DNA of 63,999 bases, counting the filler, from Olpidium bornovanus S191 (Eukaryota; Fungi; Olpidiomycota), in NCBI GenBank assembly GCA_017911155.1. It is 32 parts of 32 records of this genome, joined end to end, with 100 filler letters (N's around TTAATTAATTAA, not from the genome) between each part and the next. Parts side by side here need not be neighbours in the genome. Positions count along the whole stretch, not along the records: positions 23,714 to 27,129 come from JAEFCI010004663.1; positions 27,230 to 28,314 come from JAEFCI010006243.1; positions 28,415 to 29,941 come from JAEFCI010000453.1; positions 30,042 to 32,706 come from JAEFCI010011596.1; positions 32,807 to 39,624 come from JAEFCI010009064.1; 27 more parts are not named here. One strand, written 5' to 3'. Position numbers and translations under genes: made by a program. How positions within the stretch are numbered: position 1 is the stretch's first letter; the number at the start of each line of letters is the position of its first letter. Of this stretch, positions 23,714 through 35,151 are shown piece by piece. The notes beneath the pieces are model-generated. The model ran no database searches, had not been told where the DNA came from, and worked only from the letters and a program-made list of their open reading frames with translations.

Positions 23714-26494
23714 CATGCAACGGCCGAGCACAACATCGATAATTCGGCGTTTTCTACCAAAAAAATGAAATCGGAAGGCAATGGCCGTTGGTAACCACCA
23801 TTTTCGAACGCGCCGAATAATGAAGACGGAATATGTACCAATCTCAGTCCACTTTCTTTCCAACGCGTCGCTCTTCCTTTCCCTCTCCTTCTCCGATATG
23901 TCTTGGTCCCGTTGACTTATGTTGGCCTCTTGTTGGCCTTCTGCGACGGCCTGCCGCACTCGGTCGAGCTCTACTTTCGCCTGCAGTTGTCTGACTTTCA
24001 TTTCCTCCGCCTGCTGAAAGTCCCCGGCTGGAACGGCGGGATCGCACCGAATGCGTACGGTTCCATCGGCATCCGCACCATCTCGTCAAAATAGAGGGCA
24101 AATCCAAACAAGGGGTGGAATTACACAATGACGTGCAGCGCTCCCCGCGGTGTATGCGGAGATGTGAGGCGTACCTTTTATGGCCAAAGCTTTTGCCTCT
24201 TCGACACCAGAAAGCTCTGCCTCAAGCAGCGTGATAAGCTTGCGGCGCTCCGCGAGCTCGCGGCGAATCGTGGCCAGGGCGGCGGAATACTCCCGCGCTG
24301 TCCTGCCCTCTCGCTCATAATCTGCTTCCAGGCTTTTATTCCAACAAAAATTACGCGCCAAACATTCCCTCCCTCGAGTCAGCGAAAAAAGCGGAAAAAC
24401 GTGCGTAACGTGTTCAATTGGCAACCCGGAAGTATAAAAATTAAGAAAATAAGAAAATTCCTTACCTCTGATATGCTTTTTCGATTTTTTCAATCTCCTT
24501 CGAATCATTCATCCTCCTAATCCAAAACTGTTCGAAGGCTGAACCATTTTCGTTCGTGATCCCGTTTTCACCTGGCCTCACCGGCCCCGTCGTTGCCGCG
24601 ATATCCCGCCGGATCTGCTCTATCTTTGTGTCTCGTTCTGCCGACACCTCGTCCAAAGACTTTCGCGACAACTCTAGCCGATGACGCTGCGCTTCGTGTA
24701 TCTGGGACACCGAAATCAGGCCTTGCTGAAAGTCGAAGGGTTCGTTACCTCGCATTTCGCGGAGTCACTCTGCTGCTGGCCAAGAGGGAGCACCCGAACG
24801 AGAGGATTACCTCGATTTGGGATAGCTTCTTCTCGTTCCGAGCTTTCTTAGATTTTGCAGCAGCAACCTCTTTCCTCTCGTCCGCGTAGCTGGCTTCGAT
24901 ATCTATGATCTTCCGGTCAATACGGGACAGGGTATTAATTTCTTCGGCTTCTTCCCGCTGAAGAGACTCTAGCCGTCGAAGCGTCTCCTCGATTTCCTCC
25001 TTGACGGCCCGGCAAAATCCAATCACAAAAATGTCAGACGTTATTGCCAGAGCGAGTTACCCGCAGACTATGTGCCGCAGCGCCTTTACCTTCAAATGCA
25101 GGCATCGACCAACGACGGCTCTGCGTTCGTCAATAATATCTTTGTTCTCGGCTTCAAATTTCGTCAGGGCCTGTCGTTCTACCGCTTCGTAAAGCCGATT
25201 TTCGTTCTCCAGCGCGCTTAAGGGAAGGGATTTGATTGGCCAGAGATTCGTCACGGCGGCACCCGGACATTCTTTTCCGAGGTCCATCAAGATCGCAACC
25301 AACGACACGCTTGCGCTAGTACCGATGCCTACATCTTCCGGTCTTCCAGCTGTCGCTTCTGTTCCTCATATCGCTTTTCCTCTCTTTTAAGGACGCCCTC
25401 CTCCCTCTCTACCGCCTGCCTCTGGTGAAGTACTCGAATTTCGAACCCGTCGGCCATTTCGGCTTCGGCATTTCTTGCCCATGTGCCGATCTCCTTCCAG
25501 GTCCAAAGCTCGTTATCCGCGAGGCTGGGGAACGCCCTCTCCAAGTCCTTCACGACTCGCCCCCTGAGGTCGCGGGCGCCGGCGTTCTCGCGGGCTATTG
25601 CAGCGTCGAGACGCTCCGCCGCAGCGAAATCCTCGCGGGAGAGCGCCTCGGCCTGGGCGGCGGCAAGCCTCTCGGCCTCCTCGCCGTGGGACCGAATGAG
25701 GCTGAGGACAGATCCGCGCTGGTCGAGCAGCGCGGACTGGCGGTCGTGGATCTTCGCCAAGCGTTCCCTCAGCCGTGCGTACCTCGCCACAGCGGATGGG
25801 GCGTGAAGGAGGGCGGACGGCGGCGGCGGCGAAGATCCACTGTGCTCACGCCGGGCGCCGGAACACTCCCGCGCCGACGCGGTAGCTAGCGGCGTGCCGG
25901 TGTGGCTGGCCTCGCGCCCTGGTCCGGTGCGACCTTTTGAGATCAACCGCCGATCCTTCGGCACGCAACGCCCGCGAACTGCGGGTCTCGCACCCACTCA
26001 CGGCGGTTGACGAACGCGAAAGCACTCGGTCTCACGCCGCCGTTCTTCTCCGCTTCCCGATGCGCCGTCTGCTCCCCCTGTCGCAGTCCACTCGGGCCTC
26101 CCGTTTCCGACCAACTCGAGCCATATATTCCGTCAGGTTCGGCCCAAGGACGCAAGAAAGCTGCTGTTTGCCGCGGCGGCAGCAGGGAAAACAGGATTCA
26201 GCAAGGCCAGCCCCGCAACTCGCGGTTTTTTGCCTTCTTCGAAAAAAGGAAAAGGGTGCTGACGGTAGAACAGTTCGCCGAGCTCGATCTTGCCTTGACC
26301 CCGACGGCGCGCGGCTTACATTGACCTTGCTCGCCCGGTATTCCCGAAGGCAGCTCGGACCACACGCTCCTACCACCGTCCCCCCAGCCATCGAACGGCG
26401 ACAACTCGTCGTCGAAAGCGCCGCCTCGAATGCCCAGCGTTTCAGGCGCGGAACTGGACGGAAAGTTCGTCCCGCTTCTCCCACCGCCATACAT
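23714..26494 (-). CDS. Long multi-exon coiled-coil protein with a UVR-like helical hairpin motif (3' partial)
   Basis: Successive E/K/R-rich heptad exons bounded by GT-AG; LAAAQAEALSREDFAAAERLDAAI near 25600-25680. Start codon uncertain. Confidence 0.6.
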
Positions 26495-27229
26495 CGGTAT
26501 GGAAAGATGCGCCTTCCAAGAGGTGTGCTTCCTCTGGCTGCAAGCCGCTTTGAGATTGGTTGAGTGAACGCACCGGGGTAACAAGCGGCTGGCCGCCTCT
26601 CCGACCGTCAAACCAAGCCACGCGTGTCACGTGATCCCGAAAAATCCAGCCGGTGATTCCCGTATAGTCACCAAGGCAGAGGCGACGACGGGATGTACGC
26701 ATCCGCGTGAACCATGTTTCCCTTCGCGTCAGGCCCCATCCGGCGGTTATCCGCCGTGGGCCAATGATTCGCAGTTTTCCCGTGAGACTCGCCGCCGTCG
26801 ACTACGCGTCAGCTTCTAGTCGAATAACGTATACAAAACGCGCACACCCTGCAGGTGTTTTCCGCGTATACTAAGTCCGCATGTTACATACAACGAGCAG
26901 GACAGGCGTCGGAGCAGGCGTACGGCGAACGAGCGGAAAAGTGTCCTGTGGAGTTCGGAAGGATGGCTTGCAGAAAGGGAAGCCGCGAGGGGCGGGCGAA
27001 TTCCGCTTTGCCGCTGAGGACGCCGCCGGTTGTGCGTACCTCGTGTGATCCTCACGGACTACAAAGCCCCGTTTAGTCCGTCGCCGTTTCCCGCGCTGTG
27101 AGTTCCGATTCACATCGCTGCACTGCATGNNNNNNNNNNNNNNNNNNNNNNNNNNNNNNNNNNNNNNNNNNNNTTAATTAATTAANNNNNNNNNNNNNNN
27201 NNNNNNNNNNNNNNNNNNNNNNNNNNNNN

Positions 27230-28314
27230 ACGGAATTGAGCATGTTGAAACCGGGCGGCCATTCCGGCGGGTAGAGGCCTTGGTGGGACGTACCGTATCC
27301 GGTCGACAAGCCGGTTCGACTGCCTTCCAAGGTGTCTGTTTCCTTCACCTTTCCCTCGCCCTGCATTCCGATCTTGCCGTAGTACTCCGAGTCCAGGACG
27401 CTCGTGGAGCTCACGAAGCACACGCCCCTTCCTCCGGCTCTCTTCGCTAGCTCCAGGGCCGTCATGGTCCCGTTCACGTTCGGGCCCTTCAGTTTTTGGT
27501 AAGTGTATACCCAATGAACCATGGCGCCGTTGTGGACGACGAAGTCCAAGCCTGCCGCGAGCTCTGAGAACCGCCGCTCTTCGAGCCCGAACAGCGGTTC
27601 CTGAAGGTCGCCGGGCACCGCTTCCAACCTTGACGTGTCGACCGCGAGGGAATGCGCCTCGAGATTTTTTACCAACCTCTCCCTCGCGCACGCCTCGTCT
27701 TCGGCGCGCACGAGGCAGTAAACCCGCGCTTCGGGGTGCATGACGAGCAGCTTCGCGACAAGAAAGGCGCCGAGGAAACCCGTGGCCCCGGTCAGGAATA
27801 TCTTCCTTATAGCTGTCCCTGGCTGGTTATATCCGGGCTCGTACTTTTCCGGGAGCTGCCGGACCAGCTCCGCAAGCTCGCCGGCATAATCAAATGCTTC
27901 TTTCTCCTCTCTCTGCTTCACCTCCCTGTTTGCCACCGGCTCCGCTTCGTCTGCGAGGATGTTCTTCGCGTTGTCCAAAGCGGCAGCCATCCGCCGTATA
28001 GTCTGCTCCTGAAAAACAAGCCCCAGCGGGACGTCCACGCTGAACGTTCTTCGGATTTCGAAGACCAGTCGGGTGGCCAACACGGAGTGTCCGCCGACGT
28101 CGAAGAACGCCTCGTCAAGCGGAAGCGGGCCGTTTTCGCCTAATACGTTGCACCACAGCTCGTGGACTTGGCGCTCTGTCTGCGTCAATACTTGGTGCTG
28201 CTGCTGCTGCTTTTGCCGCGACAACAGTGCCGTGTCTGGAAAGGGTAGCGCCGGCTTGTCGATTTTTCCATTGGGTGTCAGCGGCATCCGCGTCAGCCGG
28301 ACGATGCCTGCATG
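27230..28314 (-). CDS. LYS2: L-2-aminoadipate reductase (A-T-R), internal fragment
   Basis: MPLTPNGKIDKPALPFPDT, carrier-domain FFDVGGHS, reductase FLTGATGFLG, HNGAMVHWVY, FVSSTSVLD, TGYG. Confidence 0.95.
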
Positions 28315-28427
28315 NNNNNNNNNNNNNNNNNNNNNNNNNNNNNNNNNNNNNNNNNNNNTTAATTAATTAANNNNNNNNNNNNNNNNNNNNNNNNNNNNNN
28401 NNNNNNNNNNNNNNCATGTTTGCGTAG

Positions 28428-28800
28428 AATCGCTTTCGTGCAGTACCCGGACGAGGACACGGCCGAGATTGTCTTAAAGAAAATGCAGGGCACTCTGTTT
28501 GGCGAAAGGGCCATCCGTGTCGATTATGAGCCCGAATCCTCGGACCCCAGCCGCAGCGGCGGTCACCGCGGCGCCAGGGGCGGAGGTTACGGCGGCGGCC
28601 GAGGTAACGGCCGAGGCGGTGTGCACAGCGGCGGCAGAGGGGCCGGACCACACCGCGGCGGCAGAGGGGGCGGACCACACCGCGGCGGCAGAGGGGGCGG
28701 GCCACACCGCGGCGGCCGAGGTGGGCGAGGTCGCGGCCGCGGCGATCAACACGGTGGCCGCGGTAATGGCCAGCGGGGCGCGAAGCGGAATTTCCGGTAG
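28428..28800 (+). CDS. RRM plus RGG/GAR-tail protein (nucleolin/Nsr1-like), last exon
   Basis: IAFVQYPDEDTAE..MQGTLFGERAIRVDY followed by an RGG-rich tail and stop. Confidence 0.75.
28618..28722 (+). repeat. 27-bp coding tandem repeat (GPHRGGRG[A/G]) x about 4
   Basis: GGACCACACCGCGGCGGCAGAGGGGGC reiterated. Confidence 0.9.
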
Positions 28801-29691
28801 GCATTCTGCTCGGGCTCGCGCACTTCTCTTTCCAAAGTTTTGCATATAGAGGGCGGCTGGAGAACGGGCGGCTCCCGCGAACACACACACACCTACACAA
28901 AGAAAATAATGCAACGTACAGGAATACCTGACGACGGGTGCGCCTTCGAGTTGGGTTTTGGAATTTTCTGGTATCGATGCCGGTTTGCCGCGATGCCTTC
29001 GATGCAATCGAGGTGCAACGCCGTAGGGCACACCTGATTCAGGGATTACCCTCCTGCATCGCCGACCTCCGTAGTACTGGCCCTCGAGGCTGGCCGCCGC
29101 ACGCGGCAGTGCTGGTAAGCCTTCTGGAATGGTCGTTTGTCGGCGGTAAAATTAACCTTCCGTCGGCGGCTCGGCGTCGACAGTGTGTCTGAGCCACGGC
29201 GCAATTCTGGTAGCTTGCGTAACGGAAACTGCACTACCGAGTGCCACGGAGATTGAGATCTGCAGCCGCATCACTAAAAGAAACTATTGAGAGCTATATC
29301 TAAATCAAGCCGCGAAGTTGCGCAGTCGCCTGCACACGACTACGTGGTCGATGAATGGGCGACAGGGTGGAAGCGCTTGACGAAATACTGCGCCCGAAGA
29401 GACCCGCCCCGTCCTGCACGTCGAGGACAAACGGCTAAACGCTTTCTTGGTGATAGGCCCACTGCCAATGAATCTAGAACGTCGGCGACCCGGCCGGTCC
29501 AGACGGCGACGCAGCTGACGTGGAAGTGAGCAGAACGCAGCCTCGTCAGCGGCCATGCTTACCACAGGGGCAATTGCCCTATCCTGCGAGTGCCCGGTTG
29601 CAGGGCGGCGGCTTCGCCGCTCTGGGTGGAGAAGAGGTAACGGCGGGGCCGACGGAAGCGCCCGGGCGCCCGGCAGCGCTCCCCTCCAGCT

Positions 29692-29860
29692 GCCAAAACG
29701 GTAAAGCCGGGCGCGGCGAGAGGGGGGGAGGGCAGTGGCCAAATTTTCGAAGCTTCCGCGCAGCCGAGGACACATTTTCCGCGGTGTGATAACGGAGAAG
29801 GCCTTTTGTCAAACTTTACCTGCCAAAACGGTAAAATCGGCGCGGCGAGAGAGGGGGGAG
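29692..29860 (+). repeat. About 40-bp direct repeat, two copies 129 bp apart
   Basis: TGCCAAAACGGTAAA..GGCGCGGCGAGAG..GGGGGAG at 29692 and 29821. Confidence 0.75.
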
Positions 29861-29877
29861 GAACAGTGCCGAATCCA

Positions 29878-29919
<42 letters not shown>

Positions 29920-30377
29920 CCCCCCCCCCCCCCCCCGCGCGNNNNNNNNNNNNNNNNNNNNNNNNNNNNNNNNNNNNNNNNNNNNTTAATTAATTAANNN
30001 NNNNNNNNNNNNNNNNNNNNNNNNNNNNNNNNNNNNNNNNNCATGGGCTTGCCCAAGCCCGCGGAGATGACCGGCTCTTCGCTGATCGCCCATTGAGATT
30101 ACGGGATCGGAAGCGCGGAAGCGCGCACAACCTTCAATCTTGCTGTCCCTTAGATATTTTGGATTTGGCGCTGCAGACCAAAACTGTGTTTGTATATAGA
30201 CACGTCGACCATAAACGCAAAATTGGAGCCGTCCTGTTGGAACTGATGGGGGCGAGGCGCGATGCCCGTCCCTAAACTGGGCTTGCGCAGCTCCGAGGGT
30301 TCCACAGTTCGCCCACGGGCGGCCCCGGCAAGGCACGTGACGGGGCGTGTCTAACCGGCCCGAAGAGGAGGAGGGCA

Positions 30378-30416
<39 letters not shown>

Positions 30417-30668
30417 CGACCGCGGGCGGCCGGCGCTCCCTCTCCGCGCGTACGCACGCACGCCCGCACGCACGCCACAGGCGCACGCAACCCCGCTCTC
30501 GCCGCCGCCGCGCGACCCGGCGCGTCCCTCGCAAGCGACCGCGCGCGCGCGCGCCCCCCGCCCCTCCTGCCTCTCCCCGTCCCCGCCGCGTCCCAACCGC
30601 CAAAGCTTTCGACCGCCGCCGGAAGGGATCCCTCCTCCCTCCCCGCCCGGCAGGAGGACGAATTGAAC

Positions 30669-32668
30669 ATGTCCCTCAACATCGCGTACGTCGACCCCCC
30701 TCCCCCCCCTCACTTTCTTTTGGACTCGAAGCGACCGACGCAGTGTTTGTGCTTCAGGACGGTCCGCAGCGGAGGGGAAAAGGCAAAAAAAAGTCGTCAA
30801 GAACCCCACCTCTTCCCTCCAGAGTTTGATCTTTAAAATCGCCGTCGCCTTCCCCCCCCACACCCGATCTGGCCTCCAAACTCCCCATTAACCGGGTTCC
30901 TCGCGTGCTCCCGGCGGGGGGGGGGGGGGGGGGGGGGGGGGGTCTCTCTCTATCTGCAGGATGGTCTCGGACTTCTTCTACCCGAACCACGGAGGAGTGG
31001 AATCGCACCTGTACCAGCTGTCGCAGCGGCTCATCGAACGCGAACACAAGGTAACCCAGGAGAACGCCGTCATTCACGACGAAACTTTGCCGGCTGCGTG
31101 CTGCGGTCTCCGTTTCCCTTGTCGCTCCGCCGCGCAGGTCCTTCCCCCTCCCCCCCCCCTCTAGGTGTCGACCACGGTACTTGTTCTCCTTTCCGCCGCG
31201 GTTTTTTTTGTTTATTATTTTTTTTTTTTCACGGAACACGCTAGGTCATAATCATCACGCACGCGTACCAGGGCAGGACCGGAATCCGGCACGTGACGAA
31301 CGGGCTGAAGATCTACTACGTCCCGCACGTCGTCGTGTACAATCAGGCGACGCTGCCGACGATGTACGGCTTCTTCCCGCTTTTCCGGTGCATCATGCTC
31401 CGCGAGCGCATCGACGTCGTGCACGGCCACCAGGCCTTCTCGCCGCTCTGCCACGAGGCGATATTCCACGCCCGCACCATGGGCCTCAAGGCCTGCTTCA
31501 CCGACCACTCGCTGTTCGGCTTCGCGGATGCCAGCAGCATCGTCACGAACAAGTACCTCAAGTTTACGCTCTCCGACGTCGACCACGTGATCTGCGTGTC
31601 GCACACGAGGTGGGTCCCTGTTTTTGTCTTTGTTTTTTTTGACGTAACCCTAACCCTCCACCGTGCGGGACGCGGGAACGGTTTTGAGATTAGGGGGAAA
31701 AAACGCGACGGAGCGTCTCTGAGTCCCCCCCCCCCTTGTTGGCCAACCTTCTTAGCAAGGAAAACACTGTTCTGCGGGCGTACCTGAACCCGCAGAACGT
31801 TTCAGTCATTCCGAACGCTGTCGTACCGTCGCAATTTACGCCGGACCCGTCGGCCGCGGACCCGAATTTCGGTGGGGATTTACTCAGACGCCCCGTCGGA
31901 AGGACTTGGGAAATCCGAAACCATGGCGACGAACAACTTACGTCGAGCATCTTTGTTGTCTCGCTTCAGTAACAATTGTCGTCGTCAGCAGATTAGTTTA
32001 TCGGAAAGGAATGGATCTCCTGGCGGCCGTAATACCAAGAATATGCGCTGCGCACCCGACTGTACGCTTCCTTATCGGTACGCGTGTTATCGCAGTGTTT
32101 GCGGAACTTGCTTGGGGTTGGAGGCGGAAAGGTACGCCGACACTTTTTTTTTTGGCCCCGGTAGCGGGCGATGGACCTAAACGAATAGATCTAGAACAGA
32201 TGCGGGAAACGCATCTCCTGCAAGACCGGGTTGAGCTTATCGGGGCAATCAAGCATTCGGAAGTTAGAAACGCACGTATCGAGCGCCCGCCGAGGCGAGC
32301 TCGTGGAACCGCGAATTTGCCCGTGCTGCAGATTGGCACCGCACGGTTCGCGAGGGGAAATTGCCGTCTGACCCGCCGCATGTACGCTCCGCCTACTAGG
32401 TTCTCGTGCAAGGACAGATATTCCTCAACACAAGCTTGACAGAGGCGTTCTGCATTGCTATTGTGGAAGCCGCGTGCTGCGGGTGAGCAGTAAGACTCGG
32501 AACATAACGCCGTTTGCTTCCATCCACCGTTTTGCATTGACGTCTTTTTTTTGCCGCTTGCAAACCACCCGCTTTGTGGTAGGCTCATGATCGTGAGCAC
32601 GAAAGTAGGAGGCGTCCCCGAAGTGCTGCCGGAGAACAGGATAATTTTTGCGCAGGCGGAAGAGAACG
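30669..32668 (+). CDS. GPI3: GPI-GlcNAc transferase catalytic subunit (PIG-A/Spt14), 3' partial
   Basis: MSLNIA|[33 protein letters not shown]|[45 protein letters not shown]. Confidence 0.97.
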
Positions 32669-32808
32669 GTAGGGCGCATCTCGACGCCGGTTCTGTGCCC
32701 CGCGGGNNNNNNNNNNNNNNNNNNNNNNNNNNNNNNNNNNNNNNNNNNNNTTAATTAATTAANNNNNNNNNNNNNNNNNNNNNNNNNNNNNNNNNNNNNN
32801 NNNNNNCT

Positions 32809-34178
32809 TCATGGCAATTCCAATGTGAAATCAACACTTTCGATGTCGGCGCCACGCAGCAGCACCGCAGGATAGACGCCTAGCGGCGTGGACAAATCGT
32901 TGACTTGAAAATGTGTAGCCGAAGGGTCGGTTACGTTCCAGACTCCAGACACGACCGTGCTAGTGGCCGAAAATCAAGCGACGAGCGACCGGAACGAGTA
33001 TTAAACAGGACGCCGCTGGCCCAGGCGGTTGCAATGTACGGACGAAAACTTCGTTTTCCACGTACGGAAGTGAAAACGGATTGCGGAAACCCGCGGAAGT
33101 CATACGCGCAAGAAAAAAAAAAAACTCACCTCTCGTGGAGACGGAACGTCGCGGGGGGTTTTTGGACCGCGACCTCGGCCATAATGTCCAGCGACCGCCC
33201 CCGAAGCTCCGCACGCTTTGCCTGCAACAGTCGTTCCCGGACCCTCGGTTTCGGACGACCCCGGGTCTCGCGGACGAACTGCACCAGACGTCTTCGAAAC
33301 TCGTCCGTGTGCAATATGCCAAAGTGGTCTCCTTTTAGCCCGAGCTCCAGGCAGGCCGCTGCCCCGCCGCTATTCAGATGCTCTTGGAACGCTTGAGACG
33401 GCGGTATTTCCAGCAGTTCGTCCTCAGCGCTGTGGATGACTAGGTAGTGCGGGAAGTTCGGGCAGTCTGTCGGAACGTCGTGGTACTGAGGTGACGCATC
33501 GCGGAGCACAGCTAGCGCGCGCTCGGAATTGTCCTGAGGGCCAAAGGCCGTTTGAACGAAGTCAATGTACGACGGGTGCGCGTCAAGCATGCGCTTGATA
33601 TCAAAGATTCCTTCTACGGCCACAACGCCCTGCACGCAGTCCCTGAGTGTCCGCGACCCGGGGGGGCACAATTCCCCCAGGTACTTATCGACGAGGACCA
33701 GCAGGCCCGTGATCTGCGCGCCCGCGCTGTGGCCGCATAGGTAGATTTGTCCGGCATCGTAACCTTCCTCGGCAGCCTTGTCCCGCACGAGAGCCAGCGC
33801 TCGCGCCGTGTCCACCACGGGGCCCGGGTGCAGGAAAGGCTGCTCCGAGCTAGACAGCCGGTACCCGACGACGGCGACAAGGAACGAGCCCTCCGAGGCA
33901 AGCCGGTTTGCCAGTTCCCTGTACGCCTTCCTGTCCCCGGTCCGCCACGCCCCGCCGTGGACGTACACGACGACCGGCGGCGGAGAACCCCCTGCGCCGG
34001 CAGGATCCTCCGGAAAGTAGAAGTCGACAGCTTGCTTGTTCGCGGCGCCGCAGCTTCCGCCGTCGTCCCCGTACGGCACGTCCAGCACTTCTCTGACGCC
34101 AACGCGTGCGGTCTCACGGTTTCCGGCCGCATCGGCGGGGCTCCAGGCGGAGACACTCGGCTGGGCGGAGGTTCCCAT
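32809..34178 (-). CDS. Alpha/beta hydrolase (kynurenine formamidase/AFMID-like) fused to a C-terminal Gemin7 domain; 2 exons, 399 aa if the ATG at 34178 is the start
   Basis: Exon 1 34178-33130 has HGGAW, GHSAG, candidate Asp (SAEDELL) and His (GDHFG). A 170-nt GTGAGT..TAG intron leads to exon 2 32959-32809. The tail RAELRGRSL..TFRLHE|STVV..TD..FQV..LSTPLGV..LLRGADI matches Gemin7. Confidence 0.85.
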
Positions 34179-34368
34179 CTGCGTAGACCAGGGTAGACCC
34201 ACGGAGGTTGCTTCTGACGTAGGCGGTTTTGCCGCGAACCGGAGAAACTCGACTGCCGGCGGCGGCGCCGATCGTCGCGGGCAAAAAGGCGAAAGTGAAA
34301 CCGCCCGCAGTCAGGAAGGAAATAAGAAAAAGGAAAAAAAAACCCCTCCCGTTCCAGGGTCTTTGGAG
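34179..34368. promoter_or_regulatory. Short (about 190 bp) head-to-head intergenic region, likely bidirectional promoter
   Basis: Divergent ATGs at 34178 (-) and 34369 (+) on the same contig. Confidence 0.5.
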
Positions 34369-35151
34369 ATGGCGCGACGAAAGGCGCCGGCAGTTGCGCG
34401 AGGATCACGAGCACGAAGCGCGGAACTGAACGGCAGGCGACGGCGGGAAGCCGCTGTGGCGCAAACTGGGAAAACCCGCGCCGGTCCGCGCCTGAAGCCC
34501 GCGCGCACCCTTTCGTCGCGCGCGTGCGCGGCCCCCGCCGCGGAAGCCGCCTGCGATCCGGAAACTGCGGCACGGCGAGGCGTGGACTTTATCAACCGGC
34601 AGACCGGGCGCGCTGTTACTCAGTTCCAGTGGCGGGTGTACTCGCTCTGCAAGCAGATCCCGAAAGGTAAGGAACCCTGGCCGGGCTGCAGCTTCTGCCG
34701 CGGCCGAGGTAGTTCACGAACAAATGTGGGAGCCCCACGGCTGACTGAGGGAATGTGCGCGGTTCCCGTGTTCGTCATACCCAAGGTCAAGTGTCGACGT
34801 ACAAACTTATATCCGACGCGCTGAACTCGTCCCCGAGGGCAGGTAGGATCTCCGTTTAAATTTTCCGGCGGAACCCCGTGCTAATCATAAGCGGCGAACC
34901 GCACTCAAAGGAAGTGCCTCTTCCTAGTCGGCAATGCGCTCCGTGCGAACCCGTTCGCGCCCGACGTTCCCTGCCACCGCGTGCTATCAAGCACCTTTTT
35001 CATCGGAGGCTTCAGCGGCCAATGGGGCGCCGGGGATATGGTGGAGAAGAAGAAGAAGCTGCTGGAACAGGAGGGAATGTGCTTCGAGGGGTACCACCTA
35101 ACGTCGGATGCTAGGACAACGGCCGTTTTTAGAGATTTCAGCACAGCGTGA
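34369..35151 (+). CDS. MGT1: O6-methylguanine-DNA methyltransferase (C-terminal domain only), 3 exons
   Basis: TQFQWRVYSLCKQIPKG|QVSTYKLISDAL..PRAV|GNALRANPFAPDVPCHRV (PCHR active site)..GGFSG..KKKLLEQEG; stop at 35149-35151. Confidence 0.93.

Noticed and set aside
27230-28314. A-T-R module as an NRPS secondary-metabolite cluster
   Set aside because: The ALPFPDT and HWVY signatures identify primary-metabolism Lys2, and its neighbours are on other contigs.
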